Source: Candidatus Dojkabacteria bacterium (lineage in GTDB: Bacteria; Patescibacteriota; Dojkabacteria; SC72; JAFGCJ01). From it: a DNA stretch of 64,000 nucleotides. Below the pieces are notes generated by a model that searched no databases, was not told where the DNA came from, and was given only the letters and a program-made list of their open reading frames with translations. Of the stretch, positions 30,675 to 40,931 are shown piece after piece; position 1 is the first letter of the stretch, and every line of letters begins with the position of its first letter. The stretch spans positions 273,777-337,776 of the forward strand of contig JAFGCJ010000002.1 in NCBI GenBank assembly GCA_016932785.1, read 5' to 3'. The position numbers and the translations under genes were made by a program.

Positions 30675-33446
30675 CTAAAAGGTTGATGTTGCAATAAAGG
30701 TAAGTTGGTCAGTATAGGTCCCAGTCCCATCTTCTATATCGGGACTTGCTCCAATTGCCCACTGCACACGTCCTCCCTGAACTGGATTACCATTCGTGTT
30801 AAGAATTTCTACCGGAGCAGATTGAGGAAGATCACAATAATAATCATCGCCTGAAGTACAGTCACAGTCACCGTGTATATTTAGGAACCCAGAAGTTGCA
30901 GTACTAACAAATCCACTGGGATGGTTAAGACCGTAATATCCACTTCCAGTTCCAGTAATCTGATACTCTGACCCCGAAGGAACGCTTGGGATTTCATTGC
31001 TAGCATCCTTATACAAAGCCTGGTTAGCACTGATAACGGTGACCACTCCTCCAGAGTCAGCATTTGTCTCAATATCCATCCAGATAGAATTTACGGTACC
31101 CGTAAGACCGTCGGCATGAAGTATACCGGTATCACCAGAGTTCCGAACCTCAGTTATAAGCATCTCACCAAGATCTACCACATAACCGGCATCATCACTT
31201 GCCCCGCTGTGGCTATCACAGGGACTGGTACCACCGGCAGCATCACAATCTACATCCGTAGTCGCCGTATCAATATCAAAACTTAATACCGTATCCACAT
31301 ACCCCGTTACATTGACAGTGTCATCATCAATGATAGGAACGGAAAGTTCACCGAAATCGATGTCCGTGCCATTATCAAGAGTTATCTGAGTATCATACTC
31401 TCCTACGTTATCAGGATTAATAATCAGAGTATCACCTTGACTCGGAGTATCTGTGTTTGTACCTATTTTAATGTGAACAACACTATTGGAAGCAATCTCT
31501 GTTGCACCCGCATCCGTAGGAGCCGTAAAAGTAATTACGTCATTTGTAGAATCAATATTTACCCCCCAAACTCCACTTCCTGCACTTGCCGCCAAGGTTT
31601 TATCTGCCCCATCATCCTCAAGATCGATATCGTCTATACCAATACCATTAAAATCAAAGTCATTTGTACCATCAGTAGTAGTTTGATTCGGAACAAAATC
31701 AACAGTTATAGTATCTCCAGATGAATTTATGGCATAAGTAGTTGTAAACTGAATATCATGATTCGACGCAGTGCTAACCTGCAACCTTGTCATAGTATCT
31801 TTTATCCCGACAAGACTAAACGCCCCTGTACCAGTAAGACCCGACACCTTCCAGTACTCCACCCCACCATCCATGACGACCTCAACGTTGGGATTTAGCT
31901 CATCCACATAGAACAAACCTTCACAATCAGGACCAACATCCTCAACCGATTGAGCATTAGGACAAATAGCCACTTGATCCCCTAAACCTTTTCTTACATA
32001 TAATGAATACGATCCTCCGCGAGAACCAGGCAGATCAGAAAAGCCTCCCGGATAGTGGAAAAACGCCTTTCCTTCACCAACGCCTGCATCCAACTCCTCC
32101 CAATTTAGATCCTCATCTACAAACTCCACGTCAAACTCCGCCACTCTAAGGTCACCTTCCTTAACACCTATTTCTACATCTCCAAGTTGCGGGTTCTCCC
32201 CTACATCCACAATCCACGAATCTGTTCTAACAGCATCAAGATTTTCAGCCAAGTTTATTACCTTGAAATGCTGCTCACAGTGAGTTGCATAGTCACAAGT
32301 ACCAGAGCCATCACACCCAGCCTGACACAAGAAGCTCCCGCCACGAGCATAATTATCATCACCATATGCAATGCTGAATGAATAAGTATCATTACACACA
32401 TTTTCGGCCTCACACTGACCACTGGAACATGCCGTGCCCGGTGGACAATTCCTCCAATCAAGTTCACCAGTCGGAAAGCTACAACTACCATCAGCTGCGC
32501 ATCTCATAACTTCTCTTCCCTGCTGACACAAAGAATCATTACACATACTAAATTCTCCATAATTGCAACTCAGGACATTATCCGTCCCACAGTTATCTGT
32601 GAGCGTATATCCTTCTTCCGCAACAACCTGCTGAAGATACGAATCCGTCTGATCGTCAGAGCTACGGCAGGAACCTGAACCATCACAAGATGTGAACCAC
32701 TGTGTACCAGTACAATTACCGGACACACAGGTTTCTCCGTAATAACAGTAGTACTCAGGGGAAACCTCAGATACAACTCCATTACCGGTACATGTTGAAC
32801 CAGATGGTATACTCTCTACATAGTCATTGGTATCACAAGATCCGTTCCCATCGCAATATCCATCTCCCCGTTTTCTTTGACACTGTCCATTGCAGCTCCA
32901 CGAAGTATATTGACACTCACTATCCGGATCGTGATTATCGTTAACATTATGACAAATTCCAGCCGTTCCATCATATGCATCGCACCGCTGACACGTTCCC
33001 GAGCAAGAAATATTACAACAGAAACCGTCGACACAATATCCTGAAGTGCATTCACTTGAATTAGAGCATGACTGTCCGTTATTCTTTGTAGAATCTGTCT
33101 CCGGAGAATGATATATCGTAGTACCTGGTGAACCTACTCGAACGACATCCTCCTGATCATCTGTCTGATCGTCTGAGGTTGAAACTCCTTTTACTCCTCC
33201 TGATGCACCATTTTCATCTTCATCACTAGAACGAGAAAATTGCGTTTCCTCTGACTTATCGAGGATATCATCATCTTCATCTTTAGAAGAAATAGGATCA
33301 AAAAGATAGATCCACAGCCAGAGAAGCAATAACAACATAATCATTATCTTCATACTGGTTTTAAGAACATCGCTATCAAGCCATGGAAATCTATTTTTCA
33401 ATTTCCATTTAATATTTCTTGCTTTTAGTCTTAATCTCGTAAACAT
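30675..33446 (-). CDS. Cys-rich membrane-anchored surface protein
   Basis: N-terminal TM; CxSGxCVDGxCC-type repeats; D/T/G-rich C-terminus ending GTYTDQLTFIATSTF. Confidence 0.8.
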   Translation of the reverse strand: MFTRLRLKARNIKWKLKNRFPWLDSDVLKTSMKIMIMLLLLLWLWIYLFDPISSKDEDDDILDKSEETQFSRSSDEDENGASGGVKGVSTSDDQTDDQEDVVRVGSPGTTIYHSPETDSTKNNGQSCSNSSECTSGYCVDGFCCNISCSGTCQRCDAYDGTAGICHNVNDNHDPDSECQYTSWSCNGQCQRKRGDGYCDGNGSCDTNDYVESIPSGSTCTGNGVVSEVSPEYYCYYGETCVSGNCTGTQWFTSCDGSGSCRSSDDQTDSYLQQVVAEEGYTLTDNCGTDNVLSCNYGEFSMCNDSLCQQGREVMRCAADGSCSFPTGELDWRNCPPGTACSSGQCEAENVCNDTYSFSIAYGDDNYARGGSFLCQAGCDGSGTCDYATHCEQHFKVINLAENLDAVRTDSWIVDVGENPQLGDVEIGVKEGDLRVAEFDVEFVDEDLNWEELDAGVGEGKAFFHYPGGFSDLPGSRGGSYSLYVRKGLGDQVAICPNAQSVEDVGPDCEGLFYVDELNPNVEVVMDGGVEYWKVSGLTGTGAFSLVGIKDTMTRLQVSTASNHDIQFTTTYAINSSGDTITVDFVPNQTTTDGTNDFDFNGIGIDDIDLEDDGADKTLAASAGSGVWGVNIDSTNDVITFTAPTDAGATEIASNSVVHIKIGTNTDTPSQGDTLIINPDNVGEYDTQITLDNGTDIDFGELSVPIIDDDTVNVTGYVDTVLSFDIDTATTDVDCDAAGGTSPCDSHSGASDDAGYVVDLGEMLITEVRNSGDTGILHADGLTGTVNSIWMDIETNADSGGVVTVISANQALYKDASNEIPSVPSGSEYQITGTGSGYYGLNHPSGFVSTATSGFLNIHGDCDCTSGDDYYCDLPQSAPVEILNTNGNPVQGGRVQWAIGASPDIEDGTGTYTDQLTFIATSTF

Positions 33447-33727
33447 CCCTACTCTTCTAGTAATAAGAGAAGTAAATGCCCGAATAAAGAAAAACTAACC
33501 CTTGGAAATGGGCAGATCATAGCCAGAATTACTGACTTAACTAACATTCAGGCAGTTTAATTAAACTGAGTTATGAGCCTAATATCAATCTATAGGAATT
33601 TCCATCCAAAGTCAACCCTGCAAAACCCCAGATATGCCTATAACAATGCGAAATATTGCGTAGGAACATAGTTCGAGTAGAAACATCATCAACTTTGAGC
33701 TATAATTACAACAATTTAATAGAAAAA

Positions 33728-33938
33728 TGCTTTGACGGAGAGGAATGGGCTCCTGAGCAGCAAGGCGAAAAGTAAGTAGCCGAGACGTAGTTCCTGCGTA
33801 AAAGGATACCCTGATGTTGATTCCACAAAGTCAGGACAAAGGCAAAATCAGCGATGATTTTGCAAAAAGGGGTGGCACCACGATAAACTCGTCCCCAAAC
33901 AAATGGATCTTTAGGATTCATCTGTTTGGGGATTTTTT
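33728..33938 (+). promoter_or_regulatory. T-box riboswitch (Trp specifier UGG) upstream of trpS
   Basis: AAAGGGGTGGCACCACG T-box at 33866-33882; terminator 33892-33938; ultrashort Stem I with TGG at 33746-33748; TATAAT at 33701. Confidence 0.85.
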
Positions 33939-33961
33939 GTTAAACTTATTATTAATATATT

Positions 33962-35476
33962 ATGAACAACCACAAAAAAATCAAAAACAAACTAGACAAA
34001 CTTGGATTTAAGTACCAGACTATTGACCTTGCCACAGAGTCTTTGGATCTCGACGAACAGGTCCGCGCAGGGAATCTTAAATACAGCGAATGTGTTGGAA
34101 CACTTCTAATCAAAGACCAACGGGGTAATTACTATGCTTTCCTTAGAAGAGACGACAGAAAAATGGATGCCGAAAAGGTGAAAACGATTATTGGAAGCGA
34201 CTCATTTGATTTCTGTGATGACAAAGACCTTGAAAAAATAGGATTCGAATCAGGACTTCTTTCTCCAGTACTACTAAACGACGGCAAAAAACCAATCAAA
34301 GTATTTGTAGATCAAAATATCAAAAAGATGAAAGTCGTTAACTGTGGACCGGCAATTCCCGGTGCAACCCTCCGTCTCGATAAAGACGATCTCCTCAAGG
34401 CAGTTGGAGAATATGAATTTATAGATTTTACACAGCCTAACCCCCAGAGATCTGATGATCTTTTCTCCTCTGATAAGGTTGTTTACACCGCTGATACCCC
34501 AACAGGTCAGATGCATATCGGACATTACGTTGGAACACTAGAAAATCGGGTTAAGCTCCAAGATAGATTCAACTGTTTTTTCGGACTTGCCAACTATCAC
34601 TCATTTTCATATATGCAAAAAGGTGAGGGCCTCTATAAGAATCCAGATTTTATTCACGAAGTGACTCTACAGGTTGCCATGGATAATCTAGCGGTAGGAA
34701 TAAACCCCGAAAAGTGTACCTACTATATCGAATCAGATGTTCCTGAGACATGTGAACTTGCAATGCTCTTCAGCATGCTGGTATCACACAACCGCGCCCT
34801 AAGAAATCCGACCATTAAGGACGAAATTAAACTAAAAGGCATGGGAAATCAGTTCTCACTTGGATTCATCAACTATCCAATGCTCCAAGCAGCGGATATC
34901 CTTATATTTAAAGCCGAATTAATTCCTGTCGGCAAAGACCAGTTGCCCCATATTGAGCAATCGAGAGAAATAGCCCGAGACTTTAACGAGCTATATGGTG
35001 AGACATTCCCAATTCCAGAGGGTCTTGTAGGAAAGGTCGGAATGCTTCCAGGACTTGATAACAAAAAAATGAGCAAAAGTCTCGGAAATGCTATCGTATT
35101 CACTGATTCCGACGAAGAAATCAAAAAGAAAATAATGAGCATGTACACCGATCCTAACAGGATACATCCGACTGATCCTGGCAAGGTAAAAGACAACCCC
35201 GTATTTATATACCATGAAGCTTTCAATCCAGATAAGGAAGAAATTGAAGATTTGAAGGAACGCTATGAAACCGGAAAAGTCGGCGATGTGGAGGTAAAGG
35301 AGAAACTGGCAAATGCTATGATTAATTTCATCGCTCCAATTCGAGAAAGAAGAAAGAAATACGAGGATAATCCTGACCTTCTAAGAGAAATTCTATCAGA
35401 AGGCGGCAAAAAAGCTAGAAAAGAAGCAAAGAAAACCATGTCCGAAGTCAGAGAAAAGATGAAACTGGACTTCTAG
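33962..35476 (+). CDS. trpS: tryptophan--tRNA ligase with N-terminal YbaK/ProX-like domain
   Basis: HIGH, YPMLQAADIL, VGKDQ, KMSKS; about 160 extra N-terminal residues with a GLLSP loop; Trp T-box upstream. Confidence 0.93.
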   Translation: MNNHKKIKNKLDKLGFKYQTIDLATESLDLDEQVRAGNLKYSECVGTLLIKDQRGNYYAFLRRDDRKMDAEKVKTIIGSDSFDFCDDKDLEKIGFESGLLSPVLLNDGKKPIKVFVDQNIKKMKVVNCGPAIPGATLRLDKDDLLKAVGEYEFIDFTQPNPQRSDDLFSSDKVVYTADTPTGQMHIGHYVGTLENRVKLQDRFNCFFGLANYHSFSYMQKGEGLYKNPDFIHEVTLQVAMDNLAVGINPEKCTYYIESDVPETCELAMLFSMLVSHNRALRNPTIKDEIKLKGMGNQFSLGFINYPMLQAADILIFKAELIPVGKDQLPHIEQSREIARDFNELYGETFPIPEGLVGKVGMLPGLDNKKMSKSLGNAIVFTDSDEEIKKKIMSMYTDPNRIHPTDPGKVKDNPVFIYHEAFNPDKEEIEDLKERYETGKVGDVEVKEKLANAMINFIAPIRERRKKYEDNPDLLREILSEGGKKARKEAKKTMSEVREKMKLDF

Positions 35477-35949
35477 ATTTTTATTAAAGAATTTTCGTAA
35501 TCCTTAACTCTCTTCGGTTTACCAGTTCGGCTAAGCTCTATCTCGTGGCCCTCTGCTTTTAATTTTGCCACATGAGCCTCAGTTCCTCCCGGATACTTAG
35601 GATTTAATTCTCCACCTGCTTTAAGTGTCCTCCAGTAAGGTGTAATTTCATCAATTTTCTTACCACGCTCTTCCATATCCTCTTCCGCTGCCTTAGCGAC
35701 AAGTCCGACAAAAATACCGGTAACCATGGGACAACAGAAATCGGCTTTATATTTTTTGGAAAAGTAATCACGTATCTCTTCCTGGGTTATAAGCTTCCCT
35801 TTTGGAACTTTCTTCATAAGTTCCTCATACTCCGGGGCTGGAGGAATTACCATCTTTCCATGCATCTTCCAATTTCCACGAGGTTCGACATCTTTAATCA
35901 TTAGCTCTGTCTTGGAATTGAGCATCTCACGAGCTGTTTTTCTTGCCAT
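35473..35949 (-). CDS. MGMT/alkyltransferase-like (Atl) DNA-binding protein
   Basis: VPKGKLIT..PYWR (no PCHR cysteine)..LKAEGH. Confidence 0.8.
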   Translation of the reverse strand: MARKTAREMLNSKTELMIKDVEPRGNWKMHGKMVIPPAPEYEELMKKVPKGKLITQEEIRDYFSKKYKADFCCPMVTGIFVGLVAKAAEEDMEERGKKIDEITPYWRTLKAGGELNPKYPGGTEAHVAKLKAEGHEIELSRTGKPKRVKDYENSLIKI

Positions 35950-35983
35950 AACAAGTAACTTCCAAATTAGATTGACACGATCT

Positions 35984-38173
35984 TTACAGATATTTCAGAA
36001 TTTTAGCCTTGTCCATGTCAACAAACTCAACATTATCCTTATCTCTCTTTTTCATCTCAACCTTATCTTCCTTAAGAGTTTTTTCACTGATAACTATTCT
36101 TAATGGAATACCAATCAAATCAGCATCAGCAAATTTCACTCCTGGTGAAACGTCCGACCTGTCATCCCAAAGAATTTCAACCCCAGATTCTGAAAGATCG
36201 TTATATAGTTTTTCTGATTCTTTTGTGATCTTCTTACCATCGCCAATAGAAACAAGAATCACAGAGAACGGAGCAATGCTCCTGGGCCACACTATTCCGT
36301 TCTCATCGTGATGCATTTCAACAACTGAAGCCATAGCACGTCCAACGCCAATCCCATAGGCTCCCATCCACATAGGTTTTTCCTTCCCATCCTTATCAAC
36401 AAAATAAGCCTTGTGAGGATTAGTGTAATAATGATCATATTTAAAGATATGTCCAACCTCAATTGACTTCTTCTCCTTTAAATAACCGTCCTTACATTTG
36501 GGACACTTCGCACCATCGTATGCCGAGGCAATATCGTCTATCTTTGAAACTTTGAAATCACGACCATAATTAACATTGAATGAATCTGTTGTCTTTTCTT
36601 TAAGTCCTCCAATGAGGTTTTTAGACATTTTTAGTGCAATATCTCCGACATAAATCACATTATCCCTACCCTCATCATGACCCCACGAGTGAACCCACCC
36701 ACTCTTTGTACCAATACTCGTAAGGTCCTCCTCATCAGCATAGTCAAGAACATCAATATCGTCGAACAGATTGGCAATCTTTGTAGCGTTAGCCTCGAGA
36801 TCTCCTCGTACAACGGCAATTATCAATCGCCCCTTTTTGTCTTTGAAAACAACATTCTTAAGAAAATGGGACTTTGGCTTCTTATAATGCTCCACATTTT
36901 CATCCATGGTACATACCCACTCAGGCTGCTCAATAATCTCAAAAGGTTTTTCTTCTTCATCTATGTTTACAGAATCCCTCACAAATTCTGCCTTCTCGAC
37001 GTTTGCTTTATAGCCACACCGGTCACACATGACAATCTTATCTCCTCCTGCACTAAACACCTTGTCCTCTCGAACATCTACGAAGTCTTTTACTTTGAGA
37101 TCCCGTCCAATATTCACATTCTTACGAAAGACTCTCTCCTTATGGGCACCGTCATAATAGTTCTTGTTATATTTAACAGACTCATCGATAATAAGCTCAA
37201 CTTTGCTATCCAGCCCTATCGGAGAAACATAACCAATAAACGATCCCAACTCATCAATCTCAGATTTTGTTGCAGGTCGTATAGTCTTGTACTTAAGCAG
37301 TCTTCGAAGCTTAATGAAGTCAATCCTGTAATCTCCACGTATCGTAATACATATGTACTTTTTCCCATCAACAACATAGACCATGTTCTTCAAAGTTTTT
37401 TCCGGATGTTGTGCATAGAATTTTAGGATCTTCTTATACTCCTTCTGGTTCTTCGACACATCCTCAACTTCCATTCGGAGTTCTTTCTCGTCTTCATCAA
37501 AATATAAATCCAATTCCTGAACTCTTTCAGGGGTAATTACCATAAATTCATGACTATAATCTCCTCCGAGCGCACCATTGTCGGCAATCACAGCCTCTGT
37601 CTTAAGCCCAACACGATTAAAAATCTTCTCGTAGGCCTTCCAGTATGCATCGTAGGTCTTCATAAAAGACTTTTCATCCCTCTCATAATTGTAAGCATCC
37701 TTCATCAAAAACTCTCGAACCCTTATTAGTCCTCCCCGGGGCCTCAACTCATCCCTGAACTTGGGAAGAAACTGATATACATTTATAGGAAGATCTTTAT
37801 AGCTCGGCTTTTCTGACTTTATAACTTCAGTCATAAGCGCTTCAGCTGTAGCACTCATTGCAAAGGTACGGCCAAAATGATCCTTAGCCACAATCATTTG
37901 TTCCCCAAATGCCTCATCACGGTTAGTAATTCTCCAAGGCTCAATAGGCTGCATTATAGGCAGTTCCATTCTCTGAGAACCAATGGCCTCCATCTCCTCA
38001 ACGATTATCTTAATAATCTTATCCTTAACTCGATAACCAAGCGGCATGAATGCATATCTCCCAGTAGCAACCTGCCGAATGAAACCTCCCCTATAAAGGA
38101 GTCTGTGACTTTCAGCCTGTGCATCAGATGGAACGGTCTTAGATGTTTTCAAAAAGTATTCAGTAAATTTCAT
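35984..38173 (-). CDS. proS: proline--tRNA ligase (bacterial type) with two INS editing domains
   Basis: KFRDELRPRGGLIRVREF, IEVGHIF, MGAYGIGVGR, anticodon-binding domain; 729 aa; Pro T-box upstream. Confidence 0.95.
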   Translation of the reverse strand: MKFTEYFLKTSKTVPSDAQAESHRLLYRGGFIRQVATGRYAFMPLGYRVKDKIIKIIVEEMEAIGSQRMELPIMQPIEPWRITNRDEAFGEQMIVAKDHFGRTFAMSATAEALMTEVIKSEKPSYKDLPINVYQFLPKFRDELRPRGGLIRVREFLMKDAYNYERDEKSFMKTYDAYWKAYEKIFNRVGLKTEAVIADNGALGGDYSHEFMVITPERVQELDLYFDEDEKELRMEVEDVSKNQKEYKKILKFYAQHPEKTLKNMVYVVDGKKYICITIRGDYRIDFIKLRRLLKYKTIRPATKSEIDELGSFIGYVSPIGLDSKVELIIDESVKYNKNYYDGAHKERVFRKNVNIGRDLKVKDFVDVREDKVFSAGGDKIVMCDRCGYKANVEKAEFVRDSVNIDEEEKPFEIIEQPEWVCTMDENVEHYKKPKSHFLKNVVFKDKKGRLIIAVVRGDLEANATKIANLFDDIDVLDYADEEDLTSIGTKSGWVHSWGHDEGRDNVIYVGDIALKMSKNLIGGLKEKTTDSFNVNYGRDFKVSKIDDIASAYDGAKCPKCKDGYLKEKKSIEVGHIFKYDHYYTNPHKAYFVDKDGKEKPMWMGAYGIGVGRAMASVVEMHHDENGIVWPRSIAPFSVILVSIGDGKKITKESEKLYNDLSESGVEILWDDRSDVSPGVKFADADLIGIPLRIVISEKTLKEDKVEMKKRDKDNVEFVDMDKAKILKYL

Positions 38174-38238
38174 TATAAATCTAGTTTAATTTATTTTTAG
38201 GACAGCGTCTACTTTACTTCCAGGGTTTGCTGTACAAC

Positions 38239-38495
38239 AAAAAACTCGCCTATACACACCAGTCTTACTGGTATGCAAAGACGAGCTTTCTCGTGTTACC
38301 ACTTTGCTTTGATTTAACGTTACCGCTAAACCCTCTCTAACTGACTCCATAACTTACGTGAATCAGTGTCCCATTTATTTGCTTCGGTCGGGCTTCCGAA
38401 AAAAGTTGGTGCTGCTATGCAGCTTTTCCTCTTTCACTCCCAGGCGGGTTCGCTCAATCTCTCAACTTCGCTACTATTCCTGTTCACAGTGAGCT
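38239..38495 (-). promoter_or_regulatory. T-box riboswitch (Pro specifier CCC) upstream of proS
   Basis: Minus strand AAGCAAAGTGGTAACACG; Stem I CAGG-AAUAGUA...GAA-CCC-G-CCUG; terminator with U-run. Confidence 0.85.
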
Positions 38496-38544
38496 ATTCA
38501 ATTAAGCAAATTATATATTTTGATATCGATACTGTCAAAAGGTC

Positions 38545-39207
38545 TTATTTGTAAAAAGCCATATTCATAAAGGTCTGCTCTGTCACTACGGCAAAATCAG
38601 GAGCATATTTTGGACGAACATGATCTGAAAATAAAACTTTATTTGGATCCCTGCGCACTACCTGATTCTGACCGGAAAATAGAAAATATTGAGGGCTCCC
38701 TGCAACACAACCAAGATCAGTCCAAATAAATTGAGAAGACGCATGTCCTCTTACTGAATCCCAGCTTTTACGAGAAAAGGTAAAGGCGGCTGAGGCAATT
38801 ACTCTTGAAATCATCCAGAAATTTGACTGGCCCATTTCCATAATCTTAAACTTTGCATTCTGACCAGGCCATCTATTTGACGAGATAATTTTAAATAGAT
38901 CAGGACAACCTGTTATAGCAGTAATTTCATGAACCGAAGCAAAGGCCGCTATTGGAATATTACTATCGGGTTCAGGCATACAAGACAGAAATTGTACATA
39001 CTTAGCATTTTCAAGAACGGGGTCACTTGCAGGACCACCATCCCACGCAACATCAATTCTTTCCCAATCCATTTTGCTGCACCAACTAATTACACCCCCT
39101 AATTCTTCAAAAACCCTTTCAGGATCTTCAAACGGGTTGCTCCAAACAAGACCCAACACAGGATCTTCACCTCTTTCCTGGATTTGATTAAGTTGCTCTG
39201 ACATCAC
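38545..39207 (-). CDS. hypothetical protein
   Basis: 220-aa ORF with no recognised motif. Confidence 0.55.
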   Translation of the reverse strand: MMSEQLNQIQERGEDPVLGLVWSNPFEDPERVFEELGGVISWCSKMDWERIDVAWDGGPASDPVLENAKYVQFLSCMPEPDSNIPIAAFASVHEITAITGCPDLFKIISSNRWPGQNAKFKIMEMGQSNFWMISRVIASAAFTFSRKSWDSVRGHASSQFIWTDLGCVAGSPQYFLFSGQNQVVRRDPNKVLFSDHVRPKYAPDFAVVTEQTFMNMAFYK

Positions 39208-39281
39208 GAATATTAAAACCCTATTAAGTAACTATATGGGATTTTACCACTATAGGCACAGTCAAACAAATGAAAAAACTT

Positions 39282-40907
39282 CTATCTCATTAGGTTCTCC
39301 AGACGTGTAATCAAATCCGCCATACTCTTAGGTTCAAAATGCCTTCTGGCGGGTTCCAAAATCTTTACTACTGCTTCAGATACAGCTGTCTTTAGATCCA
39401 ACGGATGAAGCTTGCCTTCCTCAAACAGATTAAACATTTCCTGCTCAGATTCAAAATTGATATCTCCTCCATGTTTCTTTTCTCTTTTGACCTCTAGCTT
39501 TCCTAAAATAGGAAAAACCAAGTGCTTCGCCCAATCTAAAACGGGATTAAACTCAATCTCCCTTTCAGGACAGAAAGCTCCATTTATCTTCCTTCGTATC
39601 TCATCGACACTGTCATGGATAAACACACACGTATCAGGCTTAGATTTACTCATTTTCATCTCTGACCAAAGTTCTCTAAGCCTTGCCTTATCCTTAATCG
39701 GCCAAACTGGCGGCTTACCAAGACCAAGAATTAGGTGGTGATGAATTGCAACAGGCTTTATCTTATTCTTGCTTTCGTCCAATAATGGAGAGACCTCGAG
39801 TTTTTCAGCAACTTCGCGAGCTATAACATGTGCCTTCCTCTGATCCATACCCCCATGAGCAATATTTACACCAATATTAAAAATATCATTAACCTGCATC
39901 GGCGGATATACAAGCCAGGCAAAGCATTGATTCTCTCCCTCACGCCTACCCATAATCGTGGAACTCTTTACTACACGAGCCAGAGTCAGATTCTTGGAGA
40001 CATCAATAAACGATTGCCAGTACTTATCATTATTGTGATAAAACTCAGATCCAAGGATAAAATTCACTTTCAACGGATCAGCCCCGGCACACTTCAACGA
40101 TGCAATTAATGCTTCCTTAAAATATCCCACTGCAACTTCAGTTATCGTCTCAAGATCTCCATTTAGCTTTCCATTTATCCAGGCATGCCAATCTGCAAGC
40201 AAGATATTGCACTCAACACCGGCCTTGAGTAGATCCTTGATTTTAAGAGCAGTCATAAGTCCGCTCCCAATATGGAGTTTACCGGAAATTTCAAAACCAA
40301 TATAATGGCGAAGCTTAGTTTCTCCAACTATCAGCGATTCCAGATCCTTCTCCGTAAGACACTCTTCAAGATTTCCCGTTATTAAACTTTTCTTCTTTTC
40401 TTGGCTGAGAGAAAGACTCATCTCTATTTTCTCCTTATTACTTAATTTATCGGCCAATTGGGTCACTCTAACATTATGCAATTTACTCAGTGCTTCTTCA
40501 ACACTAAGGTTTATACCCTTAGCCAAATCCCCGGCTCCCATACTCCATCTATCCATATCCGCGGCTTCTTTATCAACCAATATTGGGATGTCAAGCAGGA
40601 AAGGATTTAAACACCCTGGCCGAAACTTAAAATTTTCCGCTAATGCTTGTTCGTCCAGAATATCCCATTTCCCGATGTTTTTCCTCAGAAGCTTCTGATC
40701 AATGCGTTGATCCCCCTTAAGCAGAACAGCAAAAAAGCCCTCAGATGTTTTCACAACTAAAGTCTTTATTGCAATTTGCGGATCATAATTCTTGTCCACT
40801 GAAGAATCGACCTTTCGAGCAGATATGGCCCTATCCGTAAAAGTAATTTCTTCAAAGTTCAGTCCTATTTTCTTCAATTTTCTGGCAACAGAATCAAATG
40901 TATGCAT
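39282..40907 (-). CDS. tyrS: archaeal-type tyrosine--tRNA ligase with N-terminal YbaK/ProX-like domain
   Basis: YIGFEISGKLHIGSG, LADWHAWIN, YPPMQVND, GGMDQRK, KMSKS; no S4 domain; N-terminal KTLVV...PGCLNPF. Confidence 0.92.
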   Translation of the reverse strand: MHTFDSVARKLKKIGLNFEEITFTDRAISARKVDSSVDKNYDPQIAIKTLVVKTSEGFFAVLLKGDQRIDQKLLRKNIGKWDILDEQALAENFKFRPGCLNPFLLDIPILVDKEAADMDRWSMGAGDLAKGINLSVEEALSKLHNVRVTQLADKLSNKEKIEMSLSLSQEKKKSLITGNLEECLTEKDLESLIVGETKLRHYIGFEISGKLHIGSGLMTALKIKDLLKAGVECNILLADWHAWINGKLNGDLETITEVAVGYFKEALIASLKCAGADPLKVNFILGSEFYHNNDKYWQSFIDVSKNLTLARVVKSSTIMGRREGENQCFAWLVYPPMQVNDIFNIGVNIAHGGMDQRKAHVIAREVAEKLEVSPLLDESKNKIKPVAIHHHLILGLGKPPVWPIKDKARLRELWSEMKMSKSKPDTCVFIHDSVDEIRRKINGAFCPEREIEFNPVLDWAKHLVFPILGKLEVKREKKHGGDINFESEQEMFNLFEEGKLHPLDLKTAVSEAVVKILEPARRHFEPKSMADLITRLENLMR

Positions 40908-40931
40908 GTATATAGAATAACAAAATAAACA

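Noticed and set aside
33706..34011. Short ORFs upstream of trpS, and 38366-38554 upstream of proS
   Set aside because: They overlap T-box leaders.
36677..37426. 249-aa antisense ORF inside proS
   Set aside because: It lies fully opposite a conserved gene and is a codon-bias shadow.
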